Assembly (NCBI GenBank): GCA_966212465.1
Contig: CBIHRK010000002.1
Span: forward strand, 28,806-92,805
Source of the DNA: an uncultured Lacisediminihabitans sp.
GTDB lineage: Bacteria > Actinomycetota > Actinomycetes > Actinomycetales > Microbacteriaceae
Direction: 5' to 3'
Length of the DNA stretch: 64,000 nucleotides
Shown: one piece after another, positions 49,284 to 58,706 of the stretch
How positions within the stretch are numbered: position 1 is the stretch's first letter
How the letters are laid out: every line of letters begins with the position of its first letter
The notes under the pieces: model-generated
Seen by the model: the letters and a program-made list of their open reading frames with translations, nothing else
Databases searched by the model: none
What the model was told of the DNA's origin: nothing
Position numbers and translations under genes: made by a program

Positions 49284-49894
49284 CGGCCGTGCACCCTGCG
49301 CATCTCCCTCGCCAGCTCCGGCTGGGCGTAGAGGTCACCGTTCTCGAGCCGGTCGATGACGGTGTCGACCACCTCCGGGCTCTTGTTCTGGCTCAGCTTC
49401 GCGCGGGCGTCGAAGCGCGTGACCCGCAGGCGGAAACCGGCGGTGCCGTGCACGATCCGCCGGGCGTACTCCTCGTTGTATTCGAGACGGGCGGGCTGCG
49501 GCATCCTCAGTTCGAAGCGATCGACCAGATCGCCCAGCACGCGGTAGTTCTCCTCGTCGGACAGGATCTCGGGCGTGCCGTAGAGGTGCGCGGTCACGTG
49601 ATTCCAGGTCGGCACGGCGGGCACGTCGCCGTACCAGCCGGGCGAGATGTAGCCGTGCGGTCCCTGGATGACGACCAGCACCTCATGGCGGCCCAGCTCA
49701 TGCAGCTCCTCATCGGGTCGGCCGACGTGGCTCACGAGGGAGATGCCGGGCTCGCCCTCCTCCAGCATGACCGGGTAGTGCGACGCCACGAGGCCGTTCG
49801 CGGTGGCGGAGACGATCGTGGCCCACGGGTTCTCGCGGATCAGACGTCGGACCTCGTTCTCGTCCTCGAGCAGGAAGGCGGGCGTGTGTCTCAT
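49280..49894 (-). CDS. FMN-binding negative transcriptional regulator (PaiB family)
   Basis: GPHGYISPGWY, VPTWNH, KLSQNK. Confidence 0.9.
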   Translation of the reverse strand: MRHTPAFLLEDENEVRRLIRENPWATIVSATANGLVASHYPVMLEEGEPGISLVSHVGRPDEELHELGRHEVLVVIQGPHGYISPGWYGDVPAVPTWNHVTAHLYGTPEILSDEENYRVLGDLVDRFELRMPQPARLEYNEEYARRIVHGTAGFRLRVTRFDARAKLSQNKSPEVVDTVIDRLENGDLYAQPELAREMRRVHGR

Positions 49895-49909
49895 CGCATC
49901 AGCTTGGCA

Positions 49910-50899
49910 TCACGCCTGGTCCACCGGGCACCAGTACAGCTTGCGAGAGCCGAGCTCCTCCATCACGATGTTCGTTCCGCACACCCGGCACGGCAGCCCG
50001 GTGCGGTGGTAGACCCAGTGGCGGTCGTCGCGACTGGCGAGCGCCTTGCGATAGTCCGCCTCGTCCAGGTCGTCCATGGTGAGCATCTGGCCGGTCTCCA
50101 CGCCGATCGCGAGCAGATGCGTCCAGTCGCGCCAGAGCTCCCTGACCTTCTGCTCGGGTACCTCCTTGCCGGGGGTGTGCGGATTCAGCCGTGCCCTGAA
50201 CAGCAGCTCGGCCCGGTAGACGTTGCCGATGCCGCTGACCACCGACTGGTCCATGAGCAGGAGGGCGATCGGTGTCGGCTTCTTGCGCACCGCGTCGACG
50301 AAGCGCTGCTCGGCCACGGGTCCGTCGTCGACCTGGGGGTCCGGGCCGAGCTTCGCGATGGCGGAGGCGACCTCGCCGGCGGTCAGCACCTCGCACGCCG
50401 TCGGTCCGCGCAGGTCGGCGACGGCGTTCTCGGTGAGGATGCGCACCCGCACCGCGCCGATCGGCTCGGGCGGGAACACGTCGATCGGATCCTCCAGTTT
50501 CTCCTGCTCCGACATCCGCAGCCGGGTCCTGCGCGGCGCGCCGATGCTGGAGAGGGAGGCCTCGTTGTCGCTCGCCCTGGTGAGGGCCGGGTCGACGGTG
50601 CCCTTCATGTTCGTCTGGCCCATTCGGCCGGCCGCGGATGCCGTGGTGGCGTCCGCCGTGATGTCGCCCGCGAAGTCCCACGCCCCGTAGAGCCCCAGAT
50701 GCACACGGAGCCAGAGCCCGTTGTCGAACTCGAGGAACATCTGCTTGCCGACGGCCTCAGCCGACACCATCCTGTGCCCGTCGATCAGTCGCGCGCCGTC
50801 GGCGAAGCGGCCCTGCGGAGACGAGATGGCCGCCGGGGTGTTGAGGAAGTGGAGTGCGAACTGGCGCGCGATGCGGTGTACGGAATGGCCCTCGGGCAC
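49910..50899 (-). CDS. Fpg/Nei family DNA glycosylase
   Basis: N-terminal PEGH, GKQMF, HLGLYG, SGIGNVYRAE, CRVC...CPVD zinc finger. Confidence 0.92.
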   Translation of the reverse strand: MPEGHSVHRIARQFALHFLNTPAAISSPQGRFADGARLIDGHRMVSAEAVGKQMFLEFDNGLWLRVHLGLYGAWDFAGDITADATTASAAGRMGQTNMKGTVDPALTRASDNEASLSSIGAPRRTRLRMSEQEKLEDPIDVFPPEPIGAVRVRILTENAVADLRGPTACEVLTAGEVASAIAKLGPDPQVDDGPVAEQRFVDAVRKKPTPIALLLMDQSVVSGIGNVYRAELLFRARLNPHTPGKEVPEQKVRELWRDWTHLLAIGVETGQMLTMDDLDEADYRKALASRDDRHWVYHRTGLPCRVCGTNIVMEELGSRKLYWCPVDQA

Positions 50900-50901
50900 G
50901 A

Positions 50902-51387
50902 TCAGTCGATCTCGTGGCCCGCGATGAGGCCGGTCTTCTCGTATTCGGCCAGCTGGGCGATGCGGCGCACGTGGCGCTCCTCGCCGGAGAACGGGGTCGC
51001 GATGAACGTGTCGATGAGCGCGGTCGCCTCCTCCAGAGTGTGCTGCCTGGCCCCGATCGAGATGAGGTTCGCATCGTTGTGCTGACGCGCCAGCTCCGCC
51101 GTCGAGGAGTTCCACACGAGCGCGGCGCGGGCGCCGAGCACCTTGTTCGCGGCGATCTGCTCGCCGTTGCCCGATCCGCCGAAGATCACCCCCAGCGTCT
51201 CGACGCCGGCCTGCTGGTCTCGCACCACGGCTCGCGCGGCGTTGATGCAGAAGCTCGGGTAGTCGTCCAGCGGGTCGAAGCTCGTCGGCCCGTGGTCGAC
51301 GACCTCGTGGCCGGCACCGCGGAGGTGCTCCTGCAGGTGCTCGCTGAAGTCGAGCCCGGCGTGATCGGTGGCGATGTGGATGCGCAT
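50902..51387 (-). CDS. rpiB: Ribose-5-phosphate isomerase B
   Basis: ATDHAG, DDYP, GGSGNGEQIAANK, RQHNDAN, RHVRRI. Confidence 0.95.
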   Translation of the reverse strand: MRIHIATDHAGLDFSEHLQEHLRGAGHEVVDHGPTSFDPLDDYPSFCINAARAVVRDQQAGVETLGVIFGGSGNGEQIAANKVLGARAALVWNSSTAELARQHNDANLISIGARQHTLEEATALIDTFIATPFSGEERHVRRIAQLAEYEKTGLIAGHEID

Positions 51388-51397
51388 GCCGACCAAT

Positions 51398-51979
51398 TTA
51401 CGGCACCCAGTAGCCCACCTTGCAGAGCAGCACGGTCTCGGCGTCCGCGCCCGCCGGCGGGGTGATCTCGGGCGGGAAGACGCCCATCGAGCGCCATTCG
51501 GCGATGTGCGGCACGACCTCCTCGGTGAACCCGTGGACCACCTCATCGGGAAGCGCGAAATCGAGTCCGATCAGCTTCGCGATCGACCACGCCTGGAACG
51601 CCCGATAGACGGCGAGGTGCACGAACGCGTCGGCCAGTGGGAAGTCTCCATAGCTGAAGTGCACGATCTGTGCCTGGTCGCGATCCTTCAGCGCGGCCTC
51701 CGTCGCGGCATCGTTCAGCTCGTCGTAGTTGCCGATGGGGTCGTCGCCCAGCAGGTCGCCCGACCAGCGGTCCCCGACCTCCTGCGCCGTTCTCCCGGCG
51801 AGCACGTCCGGCACCCACGCCTCGTCGTAGGCGTGGGCGGCGAGGATGTCGCGCAGGGTCGGGTTCGGCGTGCGGCTCCACTCCGCGGGCGCGGCGATAG
51901 AGAGCTGGTCGAGATCGAGCATGTCGATCACGTCGCGAAGGGCCGCATCGGACATGAGGAAGAGGTCACGTTGCTTCAT
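51398..51979 (-). CDS. TIGR03086-like / MDMPI_N (DinB-fold) metal-binding protein
   Basis: TLRDILAAH, HFSYGDFP, QAWSIAK, PPAGADAETVLLCKVGY. Confidence 0.7.
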   Translation of the reverse strand: MKQRDLFLMSDAALRDVIDMLDLDQLSIAAPAEWSRTPNPTLRDILAAHAYDEAWVPDVLAGRTAQEVGDRWSGDLLGDDPIGNYDELNDAATEAALKDRDQAQIVHFSYGDFPLADAFVHLAVYRAFQAWSIAKLIGLDFALPDEVVHGFTEEVVPHIAEWRSMGVFPPEITPPAGADAETVLLCKVGYWVP

Positions 51980-52014
51980 GCGGGAGACGCTACCCGCGGC
52001 ATCCGACACCGGCC

Positions 52015-53436
52015 TCAGGAGTCGAAGCCGAGGCCCGCCGAGTCGAGGGCACGGAGGAAGGCGTTCCGCCTGCCCTCGTTGTGGTCGGCCTCGTCGAGCG
52101 CCGCCCGGGTCGCCTGAACGGCGGCGTATGCGGCCGGCTCGGGCGGGAACGGAAGCGGGATGTCGCGCACCATGCGCAGCCGAGTGCGTTCGGTGCGCTC
52201 GTCGTAGAGCTTGTCGAGCATCACCTGGGCCGCGAAACGCGTCGCCGCGACGCCGAGACCGGTGAACCCGGCCGCATACGCGACCCGTCCCTGGCGGGCG
52301 AGCGAGAAGAACGCGCAGAACCGCGTGCTCGTGTCGATCACGCCCGCCCAGCGGTGGGTGAACCGGATGCCCTCGAGCTGCGGGAACGTCGTGAAGAAAT
52401 GGCTCGCCAGCCGCTGGTGGCTCGCGGGCCGGTCGTCGTAGGCCTTCCGGATGCGGCCGCCGTAGTGATAAATCGCGTCGTATCCCCCGAAGAGGATTCG
52501 GTTGTCTGCGCTGAGCCGGTAGTAGTGGAACTGGTTCGCCTGGTCGGCGATGCCCTGCCTCCCCTCCCACCCGATCGACGCCAACTGGTCGGAGGTGAGC
52601 GGCTCGGTCATGAGCACGTAGTCGTAGACCGGCAGGGTGTGCAGTCGGAAGCGCTTGAGGAGGGCGGGGAACGCATTCGTGGCGAGCGCGACGCGATCCG
52701 CGCGCACGAAACCGCCGTCGAGCGCGAGAGTGACAGGGCTGTCGAGGAGCTCGGAGTCGAGACGGTGCACGGGCGACCCCTCGTAGATCTCGACACCCGC
52801 CTCGACGCACGCGGCCGCCAGTCCGGCGGCCAGTTTTCCCGGATGCACGAGTGCCGTCGCCCGCGTGCTCCAGAGGCCAGCGCGATAGGTGGGCGAGTCG
52901 ACGAGCGCGCTAACACCCGCGGCGTCGAAGAACTGCTCGGTCGAGCCGTTGTGCGCCTCGCGAAGGGCCTCGACCTGGTAGTGCTCGGTGGCCACGGCCA
53001 GCGAGCCCACCCGTTCGAAGTCGCAGTCGATGCCGAGCTCGGCCACGGTCGCCTCGATCTCGTCGAGGTTCTGCATGCCGAGCCGTTCGAGCTCGTCGAA
53101 CTCCTCGGGGAAGCGCGTGCGGCCGTTGGTCTCGCCGTGCGTGAGGGTGGCCTCCACGAAGCCCCCGTTGCGACCCGAGGCGGCCCAGCCCACGCGGCGG
53201 CCCTCGAGCACGACCACCCGCAGCGACGGATCGCGCTGCTTGGCGATGAGCGCCGTCCAGAGCCCGGCGTACCCTCCGCCGACCACGGCGAGGTCGACGA
53301 GATCGGTGCCCGTCCACGCGGGGTGGCGGGTCGCTCCGAGGCCGTCGAGCCAGAAGGACCCCAGTCGGGAACCGTCGAGCGCGGCCGCGACGACGCGGGG
53401 GTCGGGGGCTGAGCGCTCGAAGACGGTGGAGGCCAT
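52015..53436 (-). CDS. FAD-dependent oxidoreductase (DAO/PuuB-like)
   Basis: VVGGGYAGLWTA, ASGRNGGF, GFTGLGV. Confidence 0.9.
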   Translation of the reverse strand: MASTVFERSAPDPRVVAAALDGSRLGSFWLDGLGATRHPAWTGTDLVDLAVVGGGYAGLWTALIAKQRDPSLRVVVLEGRRVGWAASGRNGGFVEATLTHGETNGRTRFPEEFDELERLGMQNLDEIEATVAELGIDCDFERVGSLAVATEHYQVEALREAHNGSTEQFFDAAGVSALVDSPTYRAGLWSTRATALVHPGKLAAGLAAACVEAGVEIYEGSPVHRLDSELLDSPVTLALDGGFVRADRVALATNAFPALLKRFRLHTLPVYDYVLMTEPLTSDQLASIGWEGRQGIADQANQFHYYRLSADNRILFGGYDAIYHYGGRIRKAYDDRPASHQRLASHFFTTFPQLEGIRFTHRWAGVIDTSTRFCAFFSLARQGRVAYAAGFTGLGVAATRFAAQVMLDKLYDERTERTRLRMVRDIPLPFPPEPAAYAAVQATRAALDEADHNEGRRNAFLRALDSAGLGFDS

Positions 53437-53548
53437 GACTCGAATATACGGTCAGCGCCCGAGCGATCACAGGATTGCCCCACATCCCTCTGGCGCAGGC
53501 CGGTGGGGAGGAGGAGACTTGAATGACCACGCTCCCCGGAGGTACACG

Positions 53549-54205
53549 ATGTCGAAGCCCACGACCGAAACCCCGATGCTGATGCCCGTGCTCGGGCGCG
53601 GCAAGCACCGCACGCCCAAGAGCGGCGCGTGCTTCATGGAGTACGCCTCCTGGCTGGCCGGCGAGCGCTGGAGCGACCACCCGGCGTGCACCCACCCCGC
53701 GGTGGCTGCGCTGGCACGCCTGGTGAACGACTGCAGCAGCGATGCCCACCGCAGCGAGCTGGTGGAGCTGGTGCCATCCGTGATCGGACTCCTCGGCGAC
53801 GGTCGCCGCACGAGCGTGGCCGTCGCGGTGCGCGCGCTGGCCGCCGCAGTGCCCGTGGTGAGCTACGGGCGGCAGCGCGCTCTGGCCGCGGGCGCACTCC
53901 GGCTGAGCGTGCTGGTGAACGCGGCGGATGTCGCGGAGCAGACGATGCTCGCCGATGCGCTGGAGGCCGTGCCCGACGCCGCCGTATGGGCGGAGCACTT
54001 CACGGTCGACCTCGCGCCGATCGACCCGCGGATGATCGATCGCATGTGCGACGCGATCATCCGCACCTCGGTGATCGGAATCGCCGAGGCGTGCGTGAGC
54101 GACCCGGATGAGCGGCTGCACTCGCTGCTCGCGACGACCATCGCCGCCCTCTCCTCCACAGCGCCGGCGGAGGAGCGGATCCCCCAGCCGCAGCCCGCCG
54201 CCTGA
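53549..54205 (+). CDS. Hypothetical protein with Cys/His-rich N-terminal motif
   Basis: GGAGG SD; LGRGKHRTPKSGACFMEYASWLAGERWSDHPACTHP. Confidence 0.7.
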   Translation: MSKPTTETPMLMPVLGRGKHRTPKSGACFMEYASWLAGERWSDHPACTHPAVAALARLVNDCSSDAHRSELVELVPSVIGLLGDGRRTSVAVAVRALAAAVPVVSYGRQRALAAGALRLSVLVNAADVAEQTMLADALEAVPDAAVWAEHFTVDLAPIDPRMIDRMCDAIIRTSVIGIAEACVSDPDERLHSLLATTIAALSSTAPAEERIPQPQPAA

Positions 54206-54268
54206 GCGGTCGGGGCGCCCCTGGGTAGACTCTGACGTTGGAATCGAACAGCGTCGAAGGAGTCAGGC

Positions 54269-56812
54269 ATGCCCGGAGAGAACCTCACCCGGATCGAAGC
54301 GCAGCAGCGCAAGACGATCGTCTCGGTGTCGAATTACGACGTGACACTGGACCTGACCCGAGGTGACGAGGTCTTCGGCAGCACGACCGTGGTCACGTTC
54401 ACGGCCACGCCCGGCGCCTCGACCTTCATCGACGCCATCACCCGCACGGTGCACTCGGTCACCCTCAACGGGGTGGAGCTCAACCCGGCGAAGGTGAGCG
54501 ACGGGGTGCGCATCCAGCTCGACGATCTCGCCGAGCAGAACGTGCTCACGGTCGTTGCCGACGCCGAGTACACGAACACCGGTGAGGGTCTGCACCGGTT
54601 CGTCGACCCCGTGGACCAAGAGGTGTACCTCTACACGCAGTTCGAGGTCCCGGACTCCCGCCGCGTCTTCGCCGTGTTCGAGCAGCCCGACCTCAAGGCC
54701 ACGTTCACCTTCACGGTGACCGCACCGAGCGCCTGGGAGGTCGTGAGCAACTCCCCCACTCCGGAGCCCGAGAAGATCGACGGCTGGAACTCGATCTGGC
54801 GCTTCGAGCCGACGCCGGTGCTCTCCAGCTACGTCACCGCGCTCATCGCGGGTCCGTACGCCGTGGTGCGCGACGAGCTCACGTCGCGCGACGGCCGCGT
54901 CATCCCGCTGGGGATCTTCGCGCGCAAGTCGCTCAATCAGTACCTGGACGCCGACTACATCTTCGAGAAGACGCGCGAGGGCTTCGCGTACTACGAGGAG
55001 AAGTTCGACTACCCCTATCCGTTCACCAAGTACGACCAGCTCTTCGTGCCGGAGTTCAACGCCGGCGCCATGGAGAACGCGGGAGCGGTGACCTTCACCG
55101 AGACCTACGTCTTCCGGTCCAAGGTCACCGACGCCATCAAGGAGCGCCGCGTGGTCACGATCACGCACGAGCTCGCGCACATGTGGTTCGGCGACCTCGT
55201 GACCATGAAGTGGTGGAACGACCTCTGGCTGAACGAGTCGTTCGCCGAGTGGGCCTCCACCATGGCCACCGCGAACGCGACCGAATGGACCGAGGCCTGG
55301 ACCACCTTCCAGGCCATGGAGAAGAGCTGGGCCTACCGTCAGGATCAGCTCCCCTCGACCCACCCGGTCGTCGCCACGATCAACGACCTCGAAGACGTGC
55401 AGGTCAACTTCGACGGCATCACCTACGCCAAGGGCGGATCCGTGCTCAAGCAGCTGGTCGCATGGGTGGGAGAAGACGCCTTCTTCGCCGGCGTGGCTGC
55501 GTACTTCAAGAAGCACGAGTACGCCAACACCGAGCTCTCCGATCTGCTGGCCGAGCTCGAGATCACCTCCGGTCGGTCCCTCGGCGACTGGTCGAAGAAG
55601 TGGCTCGAGACCGCGGGCGTCAACACCCTCCGGCCGGAGATCGAGACGGATGCCGCGGGCACGATCACCTCGTTCGGGATCCGCCAGACCGCTCCCGCCG
55701 ACTACCCGACCATCCGCCCGCACCGTCTCGCCGTGGGCTTCTACGACCTCGTCGACGGCAAGCTCGTGCGCACGCACCGCGAGGAGCTCGATGTCGACGG
55801 CGAGCTCACCGCGGTGCCCGCCCTGGTCGACCGGCCGAGGCCCGATCTCGTGCTCCTCAACGACGACGACCTCGCGTACGCCAAGATCCGGCTCGACCCC
55901 GAGTCCCTCGCCGTCGCGATCGAGCACCTCGACGACATCGAGAACCCCCTGGCGCGCTCGATCGTGTGGGGTGCCGCATGGGATGCCACGCGCGATGCCG
56001 AGACCCCTGCGAGCGACTACGTGCGACTCGTGCTCGGCAACATCGCGAGCGAGACCGAGTCGACCACGATCCGCACGACCCTGAGCCAGCTGGGAACGGT
56101 CGCGCGCCTCTACGTCGCCCCGGAGAAGCGCGACGCCACCATCACGGCGGTCGGCGATGCGCTCTGGCGCCTCGCCCAGGAGGCCGAGGCGGGCACGGAC
56201 GCGCAGTTCCAGTTCGTGAAGTTCTTCGCCAACATCGCCTCGACGGCGGAGCACGCCACGACCCTCGCCGGACTGCGCGACGGCACGATCTCCCTCCCCG
56301 GGCTCGAGATCGACACCGACCTCTCCTGGGAGCTGCTCGAAGGCCTCGTGCTGGTCGGCACCGCGACGGAGGCCGACGTGGATGCCGCGCTGGCCGCGGA
56401 CAACACCTCGAACGGACAGCAGGCGGCGGCCCGTGCCCGGGCGACGTTCCCCACGGCCGAGGCGAAGCAGGCCGCGTTCGACTCGCTCGTGTCGAGCGAC
56501 GAGCTCCCCAACGCGATCGTGCGCAACGTGACCCTCGGCTACCTGCACACCAACGACCCGTCGTCGCTGCAGTCGCTGGTGTCGCCGTACTTCGCGGCGA
56601 TCACCGACATCTGGAACAGCCGCAGCTACAAGATCGCGGAGTACCTGGTGCTCGGGCTCTACCCGTCGCCTCTGGCGACCGAACAGCTGGTCGAGGCGAC
56701 CAGGACCTGGCTCGCCGCGAACCCGGAGATCCCGGCGCTGCGCAGACTGGTCTCCGAGAGCCTCGCCGGCGTGGAGCGCGCGCTTGCGGCGCAGGCGAAA
56801 GACGCGGAGTAG
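54269..56812 (+). CDS. pepN: Aminopeptidase N (M1)
   Basis: GAMENAG, HELAHMWFG...LNESFA. Confidence 0.96.
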   Translation: MPGENLTRIEAQQRKTIVSVSNYDVTLDLTRGDEVFGSTTVVTFTATPGASTFIDAITRTVHSVTLNGVELNPAKVSDGVRIQLDDLAEQNVLTVVADAEYTNTGEGLHRFVDPVDQEVYLYTQFEVPDSRRVFAVFEQPDLKATFTFTVTAPSAWEVVSNSPTPEPEKIDGWNSIWRFEPTPVLSSYVTALIAGPYAVVRDELTSRDGRVIPLGIFARKSLNQYLDADYIFEKTREGFAYYEEKFDYPYPFTKYDQLFVPEFNAGAMENAGAVTFTETYVFRSKVTDAIKERRVVTITHELAHMWFGDLVTMKWWNDLWLNESFAEWASTMATANATEWTEAWTTFQAMEKSWAYRQDQLPSTHPVVATINDLEDVQVNFDGITYAKGGSVLKQLVAWVGEDAFFAGVAAYFKKHEYANTELSDLLAELEITSGRSLGDWSKKWLETAGVNTLRPEIETDAAGTITSFGIRQTAPADYPTIRPHRLAVGFYDLVDGKLVRTHREELDVDGELTAVPALVDRPRPDLVLLNDDDLAYAKIRLDPESLAVAIEHLDDIENPLARSIVWGAAWDATRDAETPASDYVRLVLGNIASETESTTIRTTLSQLGTVARLYVAPEKRDATITAVGDALWRLAQEAEAGTDAQFQFVKFFANIASTAEHATTLAGLRDGTISLPGLEIDTDLSWELLEGLVLVGTATEADVDAALAADNTSNGQQAAARARATFPTAEAKQAAFDSLVSSDELPNAIVRNVTLGYLHTNDPSSLQSLVSPYFAAITDIWNSRSYKIAEYLVLGLYPSPLATEQLVEATRTWLAANPEIPALRRLVSESLAGVERALAAQAKDAE

Positions 56813-56815
56813 GCC

Positions 56816-57232
56816 GTGACGACCGCGCTCGCGCAGGCGGCCCTCGTGCTTCAGCAGCAGCCGTTCAGTCGACTGATGGGCGCGAGGCTCACCGCCTTCG
56901 GGGAGGGTCGGGCCGTGATCGAACTCGATGTGCGCGATGATCTGCGGCAGCAGAACGGCTACGCCCACGGCGGCGTGCTCGCCTACGCGGCCGACAACGC
57001 GCTGAGCTTCGCTGCGGGCACGGCGTTGGGGCCCGCCATCCTCACCACCGGCTTCACGATCGACTTCCTCCGCCCGGCGAGTGGCGTGCTGCTGGTCGCC
57101 GAGGCGGAGGTCGTCGAGTCGACCCGCGGTCGGGCATCCGTGAGCTGCCGGGTGTGGAGCGTGGACGCCGACGGCGTGCGCACCGCATGCGCGGTGGCTC
57201 TGGGCGGCGCGCAGGCGGTCTCTCCTCGATGA
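56816..57232 (+). CDS. PaaI family thioesterase
   Basis: QQNGYAHGGVLAYAADNA hot-dog motif. Confidence 0.88.
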   Translation: MTTALAQAALVLQQQPFSRLMGARLTAFGEGRAVIELDVRDDLRQQNGYAHGGVLAYAADNALSFAAGTALGPAILTTGFTIDFLRPASGVLLVAEAEVVESTRGRASVSCRVWSVDADGVRTACAVALGGAQAVSPR

Positions 57233-58227
57233 CGTTCTCCGCGCTCACCACGCCGGTCGGCCAGTTCTACGAGACGTACCGCGTGCCCATCACCGTGCTC
57301 GCGATCGTGCTCGTCGCGATCCTGCTGCGTCTGATCCTGCACTTCGTCATCGACCGGGTTGTGGGTCGCATCGTGAACGGGGCCAAGAAGCGGCAGGACG
57401 CGAGCGACACCCAGGCGCTGCTCACCTCGCCCCTCGCGGCGGTGCGCGTCGTTCAGCGCACCCGCACCCTGGGCAGCGTGCTCAGCAACGTGGTGAGCGC
57501 CGTGATCATCACGGTGGCCGTGCTCATGGTCGTGTACACGATCGCACCGGGTGTCACCGGCGCGTTCTCGCTGATCACCGCCGCGATCGGGGCGGGCCTC
57601 GGCTTCGGCGCCCAGAACATCGTCAAAGACGTGCTCAACGGGCTGTCCATCGTGGCGGAGGATCAGCTCGGCGTGGGTGATGTCGTGGATCTCGGGCCGG
57701 CCACCGGCGTGGTCGAGTCGGTCGGCATCCGCACCACCCAGATCCGCGACGTGAACGGCACGGTGTGGTTCGTGCGTAACGGCGAGATTCTGCGGGTGGG
57801 AAACATGTCGCTCGGCTGGTCGCGCGTGATCATCGACCTCGCCGTCCCCTACGACGCCGACGTGGACGCGGTGCAGGAACGGATGCTCGCCGTCTCGAAC
57901 GAGCTGGCGGCGAGCCCGAAGTGGCAGGCCCTCATTCTGGAGAAGCCGCAGATCTGGGGCATCGAGTCGATCTCCGGGGACGCCATCGTGATCCGGCTCG
58001 TGGTGAAGACTCGCGCCGGCTCGAAGGACGACGTCGCGCGCGAACTTCGGTCGCGGCTCAAGAGCGCCCTCGATGCGATGGGGGTCAAGCTGCCGACGCT
58101 CAACAGCGTGATCCTCAGCGGGTTCGAGGGGGCGGCCAGCGTGAAGGGCCCGAGGCCTCCGCGCACGGCGCCCAACCCGATCGCCAGCACCGAGGAACCT
58201 AAACCGAAACGGCGGCCCACGCGATGA
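57229..58227 (+). CDS. Small-conductance mechanosensitive channel (MscS family)
   Basis: GLGFGAQNIVKD, GVVESVGIRTT, VRNGEI. Confidence 0.9.
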   Translation: MTFSALTTPVGQFYETYRVPITVLAIVLVAILLRLILHFVIDRVVGRIVNGAKKRQDASDTQALLTSPLAAVRVVQRTRTLGSVLSNVVSAVIITVAVLMVVYTIAPGVTGAFSLITAAIGAGLGFGAQNIVKDVLNGLSIVAEDQLGVGDVVDLGPATGVVESVGIRTTQIRDVNGTVWFVRNGEILRVGNMSLGWSRVIIDLAVPYDADVDAVQERMLAVSNELAASPKWQALILEKPQIWGIESISGDAIVIRLVVKTRAGSKDDVARELRSRLKSALDAMGVKLPTLNSVILSGFEGAASVKGPRPPRTAPNPIASTEEPKPKRRPTR

Positions 58228-58649
58228 ACGATCCGATCACCCTGCGCATGAGCGAGGGCGGCGAGGCGGCCGGTGGCAACTTCTGGGCGAAGGTCGGCGG
58301 TCGCGCCACCTTCGAGCGGCTGGTGCGCGAGTTCTACGTCGGCGTCGCAGCCGACCCGGTGCTCCGGCCGATGTATCCGGAGGACGACCTGGAGGGCGCC
58401 ATCCAGAGACTCACCGGGTTCTTGGAGCAGTACTGGGGCGGCCCGGGAACGTACTCCGAGCAGCGCGGTCACCCGAGGCTGCGGATGCGGCACATGCCGT
58501 TCAAGGTCAACCCCGACGCCCGCGATCGCTGGTTGCTGCACATGAGAGCCGCGGTCGATTCGCTGGAGCTCCCCCCTCTCGACGACGCCACGCTGTGGAG
58601 CTACCTCGAACGCGCGGCGCACGCGATGGTGAACACGTTCGACGAGTGA
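58224..58649 (+). CDS. glbO: Group II truncated hemoglobin
   Basis: FYVGV, EQYWGGP..YSEQRGHPRLRMRH. Confidence 0.9.
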   Translation: MNDPITLRMSEGGEAAGGNFWAKVGGRATFERLVREFYVGVAADPVLRPMYPEDDLEGAIQRLTGFLEQYWGGPGTYSEQRGHPRLRMRHMPFKVNPDARDRWLLHMRAAVDSLELPPLDDATLWSYLERAAHAMVNTFDE

Positions 58650-58706
58650 CCCCGTCAGGTCGTGGGAGCCATCGCTCCGATGCGCTCGGCCCGGTAGCGT
58701 TGCCTC

